Below, piece after piece: positions 1 through 8,681 of a stretch of 53,985 bases of DNA. The notes under the pieces were generated by a model. The model was not told the origin of the DNA, did no database searches, and saw only the letters and a list, made by a program, of their open reading frames with translations. A program made the translations under genes and the position numbers. Each line of letters opens with the position of its first letter. Position 1 is the first letter of the stretch. Source of the DNA: a plasmid; sequence record NZ_CP012356.1; one strand, given 5' to 3'.

Positions 1-120
1 GGGGGCAGCCGCTGCCCTTCGGGCAGGGCCTGCCGACGCCTTCGGCGTCGGGTGAGCGCGTGGATAGGCGCCCCTTCGGGGCACCTGTAAGCCTGTATCG
101 CTGCGGTTTACAGCCTTGGC
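1..120. repeat. Telomere-like cluster of short GC-rich hairpins at the sequence terminus, several with TTCG-type loops
   Basis: Inverted repeats read directly: GGGCAG/CTGCCC (3-17), GCCC-ttc-GGGC (14-24), CCGACGCC-ttc-GGCGTCGG (33-51), GCCCC-ttc-GGGGC (70-82), CTGTAA...TTACAG (85-113); the window starts inside this structure. Confidence 0.4.
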
Positions 121-242
121 CACCCAAAGGGGCAGCAAGGGGCCCGGAGGGGGCATTCTGCGCCGCTGATGGCATCTCACATGTGAGTTATTCTCTCAAC
201 TATCCTTCAAGTCAAGCGTATTAGATTATTTATCTAGTACTC

Positions 243-271
243 TTGACAGTCCGTCTATCGGGCTATATATT
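243..271 (+). promoter_or_regulatory. Sigma70-like promoter (TTGACA -35, 17-bp spacer, TATATT -10) in an AT-rich tract upstream of the first gene; the CTCACATGTGAG palindrome at 176-187 lies just upstream
   Basis: TTGACA at 243-248, TATATT at 266-271, GGAAAGGA ribosome-binding site before the ATG at 308; local GC drop. Confidence 0.4.
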
Positions 272-307
272 TATAAGCAGAACGAGAGATCGGGAAAGGA
301 ATCAACG

Positions 308-808
308 ATGAAGTACACCGCACACGTCAACATGGTGACCAAGCCCTACATCGGACTTCCCACTACCCGAACCCCCTACACCCTCGTCGACGCCGACTGG
401 GCCACAACATGGATGATCGACGAAACCTACGAAGCCCACTACCACGGCACCAGCGTGGAGATCAGCATCTACGGCGAAGGCCCCAACTGCTCCGTACTCA
501 CCAACCGCATCTACACCGACCAGCCCACCGATGTGACCGCTGCACTCGCCAACTACGGCTTCACCATCGACACCACCAACACATCCAAAACCATCCTCAC
601 GCTCACCCGCACAGCCACCATCTCCCACCTACTAGCCATCCTCGATGGCCTACCCCAAGCCGAGGGGACTCACTGGCTCAACACTCAACCCGACCTCCAC
701 CACATCACCCTCGACGACTCCACCACCGGCTGGGCCACCAACCGCACCGACGACACCGACACCGGCGTCTGCTACGACACCAGCACCCACAACTGGCAGA
801 TCTGCTGA
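308..808 (+). CDS. Hypothetical protein (166 aa), Thr/Asp-rich, no recognisable domain
   Basis: ORF follows promoter and RBS; coding-like GC3 bias. Confidence 0.5.
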   Translation: MKYTAHVNMVTKPYIGLPTTRTPYTLVDADWATTWMIDETYEAHYHGTSVEISIYGEGPNCSVLTNRIYTDQPTDVTAALANYGFTIDTTNTSKTILTLTRTATISHLLAILDGLPQAEGTHWLNTQPDLHHITLDDSTTGWATNRTDDTDTGVCYDTSTHNWQIC

Positions 809-1088
809 CAGCATAACGGGCCTGCCCTTGAAGGGTTGGACTCTGCACCCATTTCAGCCGGGTACGTTGCCGGCTGGGCGAAGGAAGCAGACGGCGCCGC
901 GATTGAAGCTGCCGCCGAGCACGTCGCGAAGACCTCCCACGCGATCGCCGAGGCGTTGCAGCTCACCGCACAGTGAGCCCCACGGGGCGACCGGCTCACC
1001 CCGACAGGGGAACCGTTCCCGCCGCCTGAATCTCCATACCCCTGATACGTACTACGCGGGGTCGAGGAGTGGACTCCCCCACCCTCGT

Positions 1089-1105
1089 GTAGTACACTGT
1101 ACTAC
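1089..1105. promoter_or_regulatory. Palindromic operator GTAGTACAcTGTACTAC immediately upstream of the relB-like gene
   Basis: Perfect 8-bp arms around a single C, about 28 bp upstream of the antitoxin start; RelB-type antitoxins autoregulate at such sites. Confidence 0.5.
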
Positions 1106-1132
1106 ACAGTCATTGAGGATAGAGGTGACGTC

Positions 1133-1354
1133 ATGAGTTTTTCGATCCGTTTAACCGACCATGAGCGCCGCTTAGCTGATTCCTACGCCCGCCTGCACTC
1201 GCAGTCCCTGAGTGAGGCTTTCAAGCAAGCCCTCTTCGACCGCATCGCCGACGAGTTCGATCTGCAAGTAGCCCGTGAGGCACTCACCGACTACGCCCGC
1301 GACAACTACCAGTCTCGCCCCATCAGCGAGCTATGGGACGAGTGTGACCTATGA
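1133..1354 (+). CDS. relB: RelB/DinJ-family antitoxin (73 aa)
   Basis: Small acidic protein; its stop overlaps the start of the RelE-like gene (ATGA); N-terminal RHH-like segment. Confidence 0.65.
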   Translation: MSFSIRLTDHERRLADSYARLHSQSLSEAFKQALFDRIADEFDLQVAREALTDYARDNYQSRPISELWDECDL

Positions 1355-1617
1355 GCTGGCAGATCGAAACCACGAGCCGGTTCGATAAAGAATTCAAAAA
1401 GCTAGACCGCTACACCCAAAAACTCATTCACGGCTGGATCACGAAAAACATCGACAACACCGACGATCCCCGCCGCCACGGCAAGCCCCTCACCGGTGAT
1501 CTTTCCGGACTGTGGCGCTACCGCATCGGCGACTACCGCCTCATCTGCACACTCAACGATAACCGCCTCACCATCCTCGCCCTGTCCATCGGTCACCGCC
1601 GCGACATCTACCGATAA
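1351..1617 (+). CDS. relE: RelE/ParE-family toxin (88 aa)
   Basis: RelE/ParE core motifs (KEFKKLD, GDLSGLWRYRIGDYRLIC, LTILALSIGHRRDIY) and typical length. Confidence 0.8.
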   Translation: MSWQIETTSRFDKEFKKLDRYTQKLIHGWITKNIDNTDDPRRHGKPLTGDLSGLWRYRIGDYRLICTLNDNRLTILALSIGHRRDIYR

Positions 1618-2303
1618 GCCGTTGCAAGACTGCGGCGTCGACACCGCCGGGGCCAGCGGCTGGGCTACCTCGACGTCGACGTACAACGGGCCGAACGAAC
1701 CGTGCGCTGATTTACCACCGCTTCCGCACAGAGAACATGCCTCTGACTAGGAGAAATGACGTTTTCCACAGGGCCTCTATTACTAATATCCCTATTATCT
1801 CTATCCACGCGCGCGAGCCTCAGCGTTCAAGCTTCAGGTCTTGCTCGTCTCCCTCGCGCCTCGCTGCGCTCGTTGCTACTGCCGCCCCACCCGGCAAGCC
1901 GGGTGGGTTGCCATCGGAATACCGTGGACCATCCCGGCGCATACACCCAGACGGTCCAAGATCCAATCCACGCTCACCCGCGACGCCGCTAACGATCCTC
2001 ATACACCGTAGATGCCGTTCTGAGAGCCTTCCAGACCCGCACGTGGGTTTATTGCACCGAGACCCAAATCCCCTCAGAAGCGATCCTGAAACCGTCTACG
2101 CCCCATTTCCGACGGACGCTGGACAGGCTGGGCGGCTTGTCTCCCGCCGCAGACATGGCCCTGGCATATGCGGTTGCCGACTGGTGGGATCAGGGATTGG
2201 ATCACACGGCAGACGGCTGGTCCAAGGCGGGTGTGCAGGTGCGGTGAGCGGCAGACGTGACCGGTGGGGTGCACTGTCATGGCCGGGCATCTGCCGAGCC
2301 ACC

Positions 2304-3206
2304 ATGCGGGCCCTGGACCAGGAGGCAGCCCGCTGCGAGGACTGGGGGAAGACGGCGGCACGGATGGGCCGTCGGGATGCGGCGGCCGAATTCACCGAGA
2401 CTGCGGTGCAGCATCGTGGACAGATGCACCACCTCATGTCGGCACAAAAAGTGTGGGTGTCGACCGACATGGTGTCGGCTACACTGGACGCCGCAGGAGA
2501 CGTGCCGAGTTTCGAGGCCGTCGACGTCCCTGCCGCCGGGCTCATGGGTTTGGCCAGCCCCCTGCCGCCGGTTACCCTGCAGCATCCGCTGTATCTGCGC
2601 AGCGACGAGGGTGTGACAACCTTCACTGATCCGGTTCTCGTCGACGCGCTGGGATGGTGGATGGATTCTGGGCGTGTGCACGTGGTGATGTGCACACGCA
2701 CACCCCGGCTGCCCAACCCGGTTTATGCGGTGGCCTCCCCACTGACGGTGGTGGAGAAAATCACGGTGCCCACCGGCATCGAGTTCGAGACCATGGAGTC
2801 CAGGATCCTGACCCCCGGCGGCGTGACAGGCGTCTCACGGCAGGGCACACGCATGATGATCCGGTTGGCGTCATGGCTGGGTGCCGCGTGGGTGCTCATG
2901 GCGACTCCGACGGTGTCGGAGCCGCACCCTATGGATGGCCGGTGGGGAGGCCCAGCAACGGGGCAGACCCGGCCGCGTGATCGGGTGACCGTGGTCGACA
3001 TGCGGCCCATGAGGCAGGTGCACACCACCACCGACCCCACCGGCAGGCGGTTGACGACCCGGCATGTCGTGCGAGGACACTGGACACACCAACCCTACGG
3101 CCCGGCCCGCAGTCTCCGACGCCTGCAGTGGGTCGCCCCATTCATCCGCGGCCCCGAAGGGGCTCCGTTCGTCGGCACCGACACCGTCACCGTATGGCGC
3201 CGCTAG
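2304..3206 (+). CDS. Hypothetical protein; the reading frame stays open from 1737 but the upstream part is AT-rich or Arg/Pro-rich and probably non-coding, so the start (ATG 2304 or a GTG near 2245) is uncertain
   Basis: Good GC3 bias from about 2300 onward; C-terminal motifs HVVRGHWTHQPYGP and RRLQWVAPFIRGP not recognised. Confidence 0.35.
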   Translation: MRALDQEAARCEDWGKTAARMGRRDAAAEFTETAVQHRGQMHHLMSAQKVWVSTDMVSATLDAAGDVPSFEAVDVPAAGLMGLASPLPPVTLQHPLYLRSDEGVTTFTDPVLVDALGWWMDSGRVHVVMCTRTPRLPNPVYAVASPLTVVEKITVPTGIEFETMESRILTPGGVTGVSRQGTRMMIRLASWLGAAWVLMATPTVSEPHPMDGRWGGPATGQTRPRDRVTVVDMRPMRQVHTTTDPTGRRLTTRHVVRGHWTHQPYGPARSLRRLQWVAPFIRGPEGAPFVGTDTVTVWRR

Positions 3207-3257
3207 ATACGCGGGCGCGGGGGGTTGACGAACGATGCCCCCCTCTTTGTGTTGTGA

Positions 3258-3500
3258 TCAGTCGTGATCGGCGGGTTTTAGGTCGGGGTAGGTGTCGAGA
3301 ATGGCCTTGAGGACGAGGTCTTGGATTGTGGTGTCATTCTGGGCTGCCTTGACCTTCAGTCCAACGCCGATGTCCCGGGGGATTCTGGTCTGCAACTTGA
3401 ACAGGTCTGCCTCCTTGGTTTTGAACAGTTTGGCTGCAGGGTTGGCAACGGGCTGTTCTTGGCGCTGGCGTCCAAGGTTGCTTTTCTTTCGGGCGGTCAT
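3258..3500 (-). CDS. ParG-like ribbon-helix-helix partition protein (80 aa), partner of ParA-1
   Basis: Translationally coupled downstream of parA (ATGA overlap); C-terminal RHH similar to the partner at 6903-7160. Confidence 0.55.
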   Translation of the reverse strand: MTARKKSNLGRQRQEQPVANPAAKLFKTKEADLFKLQTRIPRDIGVGLKVKAAQNDTTIQDLVLKAILDTYPDLKPADHD

Positions 3501-4087
3501 GACATCATCTCCAACAGTTCGTCGGCAACATCGGCGAAGAAGGCGATAGTTTCCGGCTCAGGGGTACAGCCGTAGGCGCGCTTGATGACTTGACGCTTGG
3601 GGATGACGTGATCGACCAACTGCGTCTGGGAGTCGTTGGCTAGAAGGTCGCGACCTTCCTTGAACAGGGAGGTATTCGGTTCAGCTTTGGAAAGCAGCAC
3701 CACGCGCGGGGTTCCTGCGGCGGCGTCGTGCGTCTCCCAGGTGCGCGCCATGTCGAGCCCGGACGTGTCGGTGGGGATGATAACCAGATCGGCGGCGCGA
3801 ATGGCGGCGGTGATGATGTCACCGTTGCCCGGCGGGGTGTCAATGATGACAACTTCTTCGGGTCCGGCGACGAGGTGCTGGAGCGTCGCCTTGTTGGCCG
3901 GTTCCACGGGGAACCCCAAGGGGTCGGCGTTACTCAGTGTGCACTCGGCCCAGGATGATGCTGACCCTTGAGGGTCGGCATCTTTGACGCGGACCATACG
4001 GCCCGTCTCATGGAGAGCTGCAGCCAGCAGGATCGCTGCCGTGGTCTTACCGACGCCACCCTTGGCGTTGATAATGCTCCAGATCAT
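3497..4087 (-). CDS. parA: ParA/Soj-family partition ATPase (196 aa), copy 1
   Basis: Deviant Walker [27 protein letters not shown] motifs. Confidence 0.85.
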   Translation of the reverse strand: MIWSIINAKGGVGKTTAAILLAAALHETGRMVRVKDADPQGSASSWAECTLSNADPLGFPVEPANKATLQHLVAGPEEVVIIDTPPGNGDIITAAIRAADLVIIPTDTSGLDMARTWETHDAAAGTPRVVLLSKAEPNTSLFKEGRDLLANDSQTQLVDHVIPKRQVIKRAYGCTPEPETIAFFADVADELLEMMS

Positions 4088-4362
4088 GGTGACACCTTTC
4101 AGTGAGGATGCATATCAGTTTACCTGCAAGGAGTAAAGACGGCAAGCAGTTATGCCGTTTCTGCGGCAAGCCGTCTTGCATCCTTGGATGTATAGATAGT
4201 TGTCTACTTATGGTTGTGGATCGTGGTGTCTCGTACCAGGATTTAGTGTGCTCGCTGATATGCACGACTTTCGGGCGGCCTGATCTGGCGGTGGTGCCAC
4301 TAACCCAGGAGTCTGATCCGCAAGGTGTCCTCGACTTTGAGGAAGGGGTCTCTGCTTTCGTG

Positions 4363-4378
4363 TTGACCTAAAGTCAAC
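4363..4378. promoter_or_regulatory. GTTGACctaaaGTCAAC palindrome in the parA-1 upstream region (4088-4420), which also contains GCAAG/CTTGC partial repeats
   Basis: Perfect 6-bp inverted repeat read directly; location is a candidate par promoter/centromere. Confidence 0.35.
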
Positions 4379-4425
4379 GGCCCTGGGCGATCACTGAATC
4401 CTAATAACTTTGTATCCTTCCCTGA

Positions 4426-4668
4426 TTGCATCTTAGCATCCTTGAATTCAAACAGGGATGGAGCCATGCTGTTTTGACGACATGGATGCACTGGGGTTTG
4501 GTTGTTGCCGATGCGGAGCGTCAGGCGGCCCGGGACGCCGCCACCGCCGACACGCTGCGGGAGATCGTGGGACTGCTGGGCCGGGGCGGCGAGGTCCCGC
4601 CCGCCAAGACGGGGCGTAAGACGACCGGCAGGCCGGCCCCGGCCCGCAAGTCGTCGGCCACGCAGTAA
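4426..4668 (+). CDS. Small protein with a Lys/Arg-rich tail (possible DNA-binding), divergent from parA-1
   Basis: ORF only; no obvious RBS; basic C-terminus KTGRKTTGRPAPARK. Confidence 0.3.
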   Translation: MHLSILEFKQGWSHAVLTTWMHWGLVVADAERQAARDAATADTLREIVGLLGRGGEVPPAKTGRKTTGRPAPARKSSATQ

Positions 4669-4735
4669 AGGCAGGGATCCGTCCCTACGCAGAGAGCGGA
4701 GGCAGATCCTGGGGGATCCGACTCTTCGGTTCCGT

Positions 4736-4807
4736 GATCTTCCCGGAGATCTTCCCGGATCCCCCAGGGCTCATCCTGATACGGGGTCCGCCGACGGACC
4801 CCGTATC
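4736..4807. repeat. Tandem 12-nt repeat (GATCTTCCCGGA x2) followed by a perfect 13-bp-stem hairpin GATACGGGGTCCG-ccga-CGGACCCCGTATC
   Basis: Read directly; lies between convergent coding regions. Confidence 0.5.
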
Positions 4808-5161
4808 AGTGGGGGCGCTGCCACCAGTGATGGCGGGCGGGTCGGTCGGCGTCTAGGCCCCGCCCGATGGTCGCCTGGTCTACCTCGCAGGCCCGTGCTG
4901 TTGCCGAGGCCGAGAACGTCTGCCCACTTGTTGCCGATTCAGTCCCCTCTCCGTCTGCCATGTCGCCAACCTTTCCTATCTGGCGTGCTCATGGACATGC
5001 CCGGGCACGCCCTCGCTGCTCAGAGGCCTGCTCGTTCCACCTCTGGCCGCGAACCGTATTTCTGCTGACCACTCCTCGTGCGTGAATATTTGCCAGCCTT
5101 GGCCATTCATATTTGGACTACTCTGCACCAGATATCGGACTGGGAAACCTCTTGCACATCT

Positions 5162-5512
5162 CTAATTGTCATCTATTCGTTGGGCGCGCGCTGTTAGATC
5201 GTGATCATACCAATCAGAAGACAAAGCGACGCCCTTTTGAGCGGCTTTTCGAACGATTCTAGACCGCGCTATATCAGCATTTCTACCGCGCGGCCAGAGT
5301 GCTACACTAAATTCCTCTCTGCAATCCTTAAGTCCATTCTTTACTTCCTCATCCAATTTCTGCGACAGCATTTTTATGGAAGCATCGCACTCTGACTCAT
5401 CATCAAATGCCTCAATTGCGTGCGTTCGCCATTCACGGCGCGTATTATCGTAGCCGTAATGAAGTATTACCCACCGATCCACAGAATCATCGTTAGGATC
5501 TACAACTGTCAT
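5162..5512 (-). CDS. Hypothetical acidic cytoplasmic protein (116 aa) within the low-GC island
   Basis: ORF in an AT-richer segment; co-oriented just downstream of the secreted protein gene. Confidence 0.5.
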   Translation of the reverse strand: MTVVDPNDDSVDRWVILHYGYDNTRREWRTHAIEAFDDESECDASIKMLSQKLDEEVKNGLKDCREEFSVALWPRGRNADIARSRIVRKAAQKGVALSSDWYDHDLTARAQRIDDN

Positions 5513-5542
5513 GAATGGCCCAACTCTCGCTCTGGTGTATTC

Positions 5543-6082
5543 TCAATTGCAGTTCAGTGACTTTACTTGACCAGTCCCGGATTTAGTAGACGTAGACGGA
5601 GAGTACCCCGCCGGGAACTTGACTGACATCACTGCTGTACCGTACTGCTTTCCCGGGTGGCAACCATCGTAAGCAGCATTTGCCGTGACGTACCTAGTGC
5701 TCTTTCTCTGAGTGCCGGTAATCGCCTTATATGGTACAGGTGGGTGAATCGTAGCCGTTACGGCTACCGATGACACGTTTGCATCACATGAAGCTGTGGC
5801 GACATAATTAGTTGTCCCATTGACATGATGAGAGTCGTGGACATACTGTCGAGGATCGAGAGTGCAGGTTATTGTTGACGCCGTTGTTCTGGTACCAGCT
5901 GCTTTCGAGCTCTTTGTTGCAGTTACAGTCTGCGGCCCTGAAGGTTTTACTGACGCGACTGATGTGTTCGCGTGTTTTGCGGCAGTGCTTTGATTTGGTT
6001 GTGCTTGTGTAGCAGTTGCTGATGTCGCCAGTGATGCCCCCATTACCATAGCTGTGATTATGGCGTAGTCTTTACGCTTCAT
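5543..6082 (-). CDS. Secreted protein (179 aa) with a signal peptide, Ser/Thr/Ala-rich linker and a 4-Cys C-terminal domain
   Basis: Internal Met start MKRKDYAIITAMVMGASLATSATA (signal peptide) preceded by a GGGGG RBS; low-GC island. Confidence 0.55.
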   Translation of the reverse strand: MKRKDYAIITAMVMGASLATSATATQAQPNQSTAAKHANTSVASVKPSGPQTVTATKSSKAAGTRTTASTITCTLDPRQYVHDSHHVNGTTNYVATASCDANVSSVAVTATIHPPVPYKAITGTQRKSTRYVTANAAYDGCHPGKQYGTAVMSVKFPAGYSPSTSTKSGTGQVKSLNCN

Positions 6083-6199
6083 TGCGCCCCCAAATAAGCA
6101 TGTTAGTTTGCTATTTTGAATAGGATACGAGACATCGCCATGACTTGTCAAGGGCAGAAGTAGAAAGAATCGGGGGGTATCAAGAAAGATGTGCTTTCA

Positions 6200-6430
6200 T
6201 CAGGACGAAAGCGGATGGGTCCGTTCGACTTGGTGACGAATGATCCGGCCTTGCGTCGCGGAGACCAGGCCGGCGAGTTTGTCGAGCAGGGCCGCCGTGG
6301 CCTCATCGTCGGGCACATCACTAAAGGGACGAACAACCATGACGGCTAGGGCCAGAAACGACCGGAACTGAATCGCATGTGGACCCCCATCTGGCACCAG
6401 GCACACACCTACCGACCGGAAACCCTGCAC
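6200..6430 (-). CDS. Small hypothetical protein (76 aa); GTG start with a poorly spaced SD
   Basis: ORF only. Confidence 0.25.
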   Translation of the reverse strand: MQGFRSVGVCLVPDGGPHAIQFRSFLALAVMVVRPFSDVPDDEATAALLDKLAGLVSATQGRIIRHQVERTHPLSS

Positions 6431-6606
6431 CCTGTCGCTCCCAGTTCACCTCCTAATATGCGCCTATAGTCTGTGCTAGTAGACATTATTTTGTGTGTTG
6501 TTTCCCATCTGGCATGTCTGGCCCCGGACCCGCCGCGACACGCGGTGGTGGATAACAGACCAGGACCCCCGGACCATAGAGACCAGGGGGACGAGACAGT
6601 CCCCCG

Positions 6607-6831
6607 GTGAGGATGTCTCGATGTGCAGATCAGGAACAGAATCGCCGGGCACGACCCGGCGCCGGTGCCGGTGCAGTGAACCCGTGGCCCATCGACTCCA
6701 CGAACGAACGTCTCGCCTTCCTCAACTGGTGTTGGCGGCAAGGCTACTCAGCAGCCATCGTGGAAACGATGGACGCCGCGGGAGCCTACGACCACCTCGA
6801 CGACGACCAGACCAGCAACCAGCACGACTAA
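6607..6831 (+). CDS. Small hypothetical acidic protein (74 aa), ending just before a strong bidirectional hairpin
   Basis: ORF plus downstream terminator; GTG/ATG start ambiguity (6607 or 6613). Confidence 0.4.
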   Translation: MRMSRCADQEQNRRARPGAGAGAVNPWPIDSTNERLAFLNWCWRQGYSAAIVETMDAAGAYDHLDDDQTSNQHD

Positions 6832-6837
6832 CGCCGC

Positions 6838-6890
6838 TCCCAGCACGGGGGAAGGCGGCGCACCAGGTGCGCCGCCTTCCCCCGTGCTGG
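6838..6890. terminator. Bidirectional terminator-like hairpin CCAGCACGGGGGAAGGCGGCGCACC / GGTGCGCCGCCTTCCCCCGTGCTGG between convergent genes
   Basis: About 24-bp near-perfect stem read directly. Confidence 0.6.
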
Positions 6891-6902
6891 TGTCTCGTCG
6901 GC

Positions 6903-7160
6903 TTACTGGTGGGGGTCGTAGGGGAACCCGTAGGTGTGTTCCAGGGCCTTGCGGAGAAGGTCGTTCATAGTTGTGTGTTCGGCGACGGCCTTCATCTTCA
7001 GCGCCGTGTGGGTGGCGGTGGGTAGCTTGACGTTGAACGCGGTGATCGGGGTCTTGGCCGACTGGAAGGTTTCAGAGACACTGGCTCCCTGGCTGGCCGC
7101 CATTTGGTCGGCGTAACGGCTGGCTTTGTCGGCGGCGGTGGGTTTGCGGTTCTTACTCAC
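6903..7160 (-). CDS. ParG-like RHH partition protein (85 aa), partner of ParA-2
   Basis: Coupled downstream of parA-2; C-terminal [35 protein letters not shown] is paralogous to the 3258-3500 product. Confidence 0.55.
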   Translation of the reverse strand: MSKNRKPTAADKASRYADQMAASQGASVSETFQSAKTPITAFNVKLPTATHTALKMKAVAEHTTMNDLLRKALEHTYGFPYDPHQ

Positions 7161-7738
7161 TTCAGCATCTCCTTGATTCGGTCGGCAACCTGGGCGAACT
7201 CTCCTAGATCTGTTGGCCGGGTTCCGATGGCTTGCCGATAGGCGACCCGTCGATGAACCTCCGCATCGAGAACGTCTAGGCCCTCAACGGCGGCGGCCCC
7301 CTCGTGGGCATCACGGTATTGCCTGGTCCAATCGGCTTTGTTGAAGAGCAGGGCCCGGCGTGTGCCGTGGGCCACCTGGTAGGTCATTAGCGCTCGGTCC
7401 ATGTCCAGGTCCCCCGACTCGGTCGGGATGATGACCACATCGGCGATGTCGAGGGCTGCGGTGATCGTCTGAGAGTCACCGGGGGGAGTGTCGATGATGA
7501 CAAGGTCGGCGTCGATGTCACGGCAGCGCCTGACGATAGGGGCATTAGCCGGGCGGACCTCGAAGCCCAGCGGGTCACCAGTCTCGAAAGCGTCGGTAGC
7601 CCATGACGTCGCCGATCCTTGCGGGTCGGCGTCAAGCAAGATGACTCGGTACTGAGCTGCTAAGGCCGTTGCCAGGTAGACCGCCGTGGTCGTTTTCCCG
7701 ACCCCGCCCTTGGTGTTGACAATAGAAATACTACGCAT
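7157..7738 (-). CDS. parA: ParA-family partition ATPase (193 aa), copy 2; the longer ORF to 8203 is a Gly/Val-rich artefact
   Basis: Internal start [17 protein letters not shown] at 7738 directly downstream of an AT-rich region; Walker [17 protein letters not shown]. Confidence 0.85.
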   Translation of the reverse strand: MRSISIVNTKGGVGKTTTAVYLATALAAQYRVILLDADPQGSATSWATDAFETGDPLGFEVRPANAPIVRRCRDIDADLVIIDTPPGDSQTITAALDIADVVIIPTESGDLDMDRALMTYQVAHGTRRALLFNKADWTRQYRDAHEGAAAVEGLDVLDAEVHRRVAYRQAIGTRPTDLGEFAQVADRIKEMLK

Positions 7739-7800
7739 AAATACATCATTACACATGTGCATCGATGTATCTGTATATATGTGTATCGGCGTGTTGTGAG
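7739..7800. promoter_or_regulatory. AT-rich upstream region of parA-2 with TGTGCATCGATG / ATGTATCTGT motifs (candidate promoter/centromere)
   Basis: Local GC drop; CATCGATG palindrome; the same motif family recurs at 28440-28520. Confidence 0.4.
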
Positions 7801-7954
7801 GGAAAACCCGGGCCACATACAACGATCCCCCAGCCACCACAGCCGGGGGATCTCTCAGTAAAGCCAGCAACTCCCACAGAAGTTGCACCCCCACGATACC
7901 CACCACATCCGTGTCAAGCCCCCACAACACCCACCAGCGCCCTAGGCTTCCCCC

Positions 7955-8275
7955 ATGAACATTGACATGGACACACCAACCGAAACCGAAGCCGACACCT
8001 TCGATGCCGTCCTCGCCGACATTAACCACATCAACCGCCTCACCGCCGACGAAATCGAGTGCTACTCCATGGGAGCCTGTCTCCTCCTCCTCAACCACCA
8101 CCCCTTCTCCGAACTCCGCCAACACTGGGCCGACAACCCCACCGACGAAACCACGTGGACCCTCTACGGGGCCATCATCGCCGCCTCCACCCTGGACCCC
8201 CACCTCAGCATCGACGCCCTAGCCCGCCTCTACCAGCTCCCCCTCGACCTCGTGACCCAAGCCCTCACCGTCTAA
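7955..8275 (+). CDS. Hypothetical acidic protein (106 aa)
   Basis: ORF followed by the hairpin at 8324-8364. Confidence 0.45.
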   Translation: MNIDMDTPTETEADTFDAVLADINHINRLTADEIECYSMGACLLLLNHHPFSELRQHWADNPTDETTWTLYGAIIAASTLDPHLSIDALARLYQLPLDLVTQALTV

Positions 8276-8323
8276 GCGTCGATGAGCGGGGGAGAGGTAG
8301 CGCACTATCGGCTAAGGAACCCC

Positions 8324-8364
8324 ACAAACACCAAACCCTTGTCACTGGGAAGGGTTTGGTGTTA
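8324..8364 (+). terminator. Hairpin ACAAACACCAAACCCTT-gtcactggg-AAGGGTTTGGTGTT
   Basis: 14-16-bp stem read directly, downstream of the 7955-8275 ORF. Confidence 0.5.
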
Positions 8365-8398
8365 TGCTGGTCTCACAACTCAACAGAGGAGGTGAGAC

Positions 8399-8608
8399 AT
8401 GGGAAATGAGTACCAGAAGTCGCTCAAAGTCCTGTTCAAGAAACTGGAATCTGAGCAAGGAGCCCGCATCGAGACCCGGCGCAAAGGATGGATGATCTAC
8501 CCGCCGGATACGTCACGATCAGCGGTCATGATCCACAAGACTCCATCAGATCGCAGAGCATGGGCCAACATGCTTTCCGAACTGAGACGCTCAGGATTCA
8601 CCGTCTAA
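8399..8608 (+). CDS. Possible HicA-like toxin (69 aa)
   Basis: GAGGAGG RBS; size and a KG..(I/V)H.T ... L..L...G-type layout resemble the HicA/YcfA family; weak, sequence-only. Confidence 0.35.
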   Translation: MGNEYQKSLKVLFKKLESEQGARIETRRKGWMIYPPDTSRSAVMIHKTPSDRRAWANMLSELRRSGFTV

Positions 8609-8681
8609 CTCAGTGAAGGGGGCTGGAGCTCCAGCCCCCTTTCAACCACCTCCCCCGGACACCACACAAGAAAAGGAGAAC

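Noticed and set aside
409-1136. ORFs 409-816 and 645-1136 (His/Arg/Pro-rich translations) overlapping the first gene and the relBE upstream region
   Set aside because: Low-complexity R/P/H-rich products in alternative frames of a high-GC gene; no start context; the in-frame gene 308-808 and the relB operator explain the region.
1737-2303. 5' extension of the 489-aa ORF
   Set aside because: It begins in an AT-rich tract that looks like a promoter. The translation there is Arg/Pro/Ser-rich low complexity, and a small independent ORF (2155-2247) sits in another frame. I kept only the 3' part from 2304.
2096-3141. Multiple minus-strand ORFs (2096-2716, 2277-2681, 2723-3040, 2871-3092, 2929-3141) antisense to the 2304-3206 gene
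   Set aside because: Typical antisense open frames of high-GC coding DNA; Arg/Gly/Pro-rich, mutually overlapping, no RBS.
4502-5068. 188-aa Arg/Pro-rich ORF
   Set aside because: Extreme R/P composition; overlaps the repeat/hairpin intergenic segment; no start context.
7739-8203. N-terminal 155-aa extension of the parA-2 ORF, and the 7962-8222 and 8059-8409 ORFs
   Set aside because: Gly/Val-rich or Pro/Thr-rich artefacts. The genuine ParA start with its Walker A sits at 7738 right after an AT-rich promoter region.
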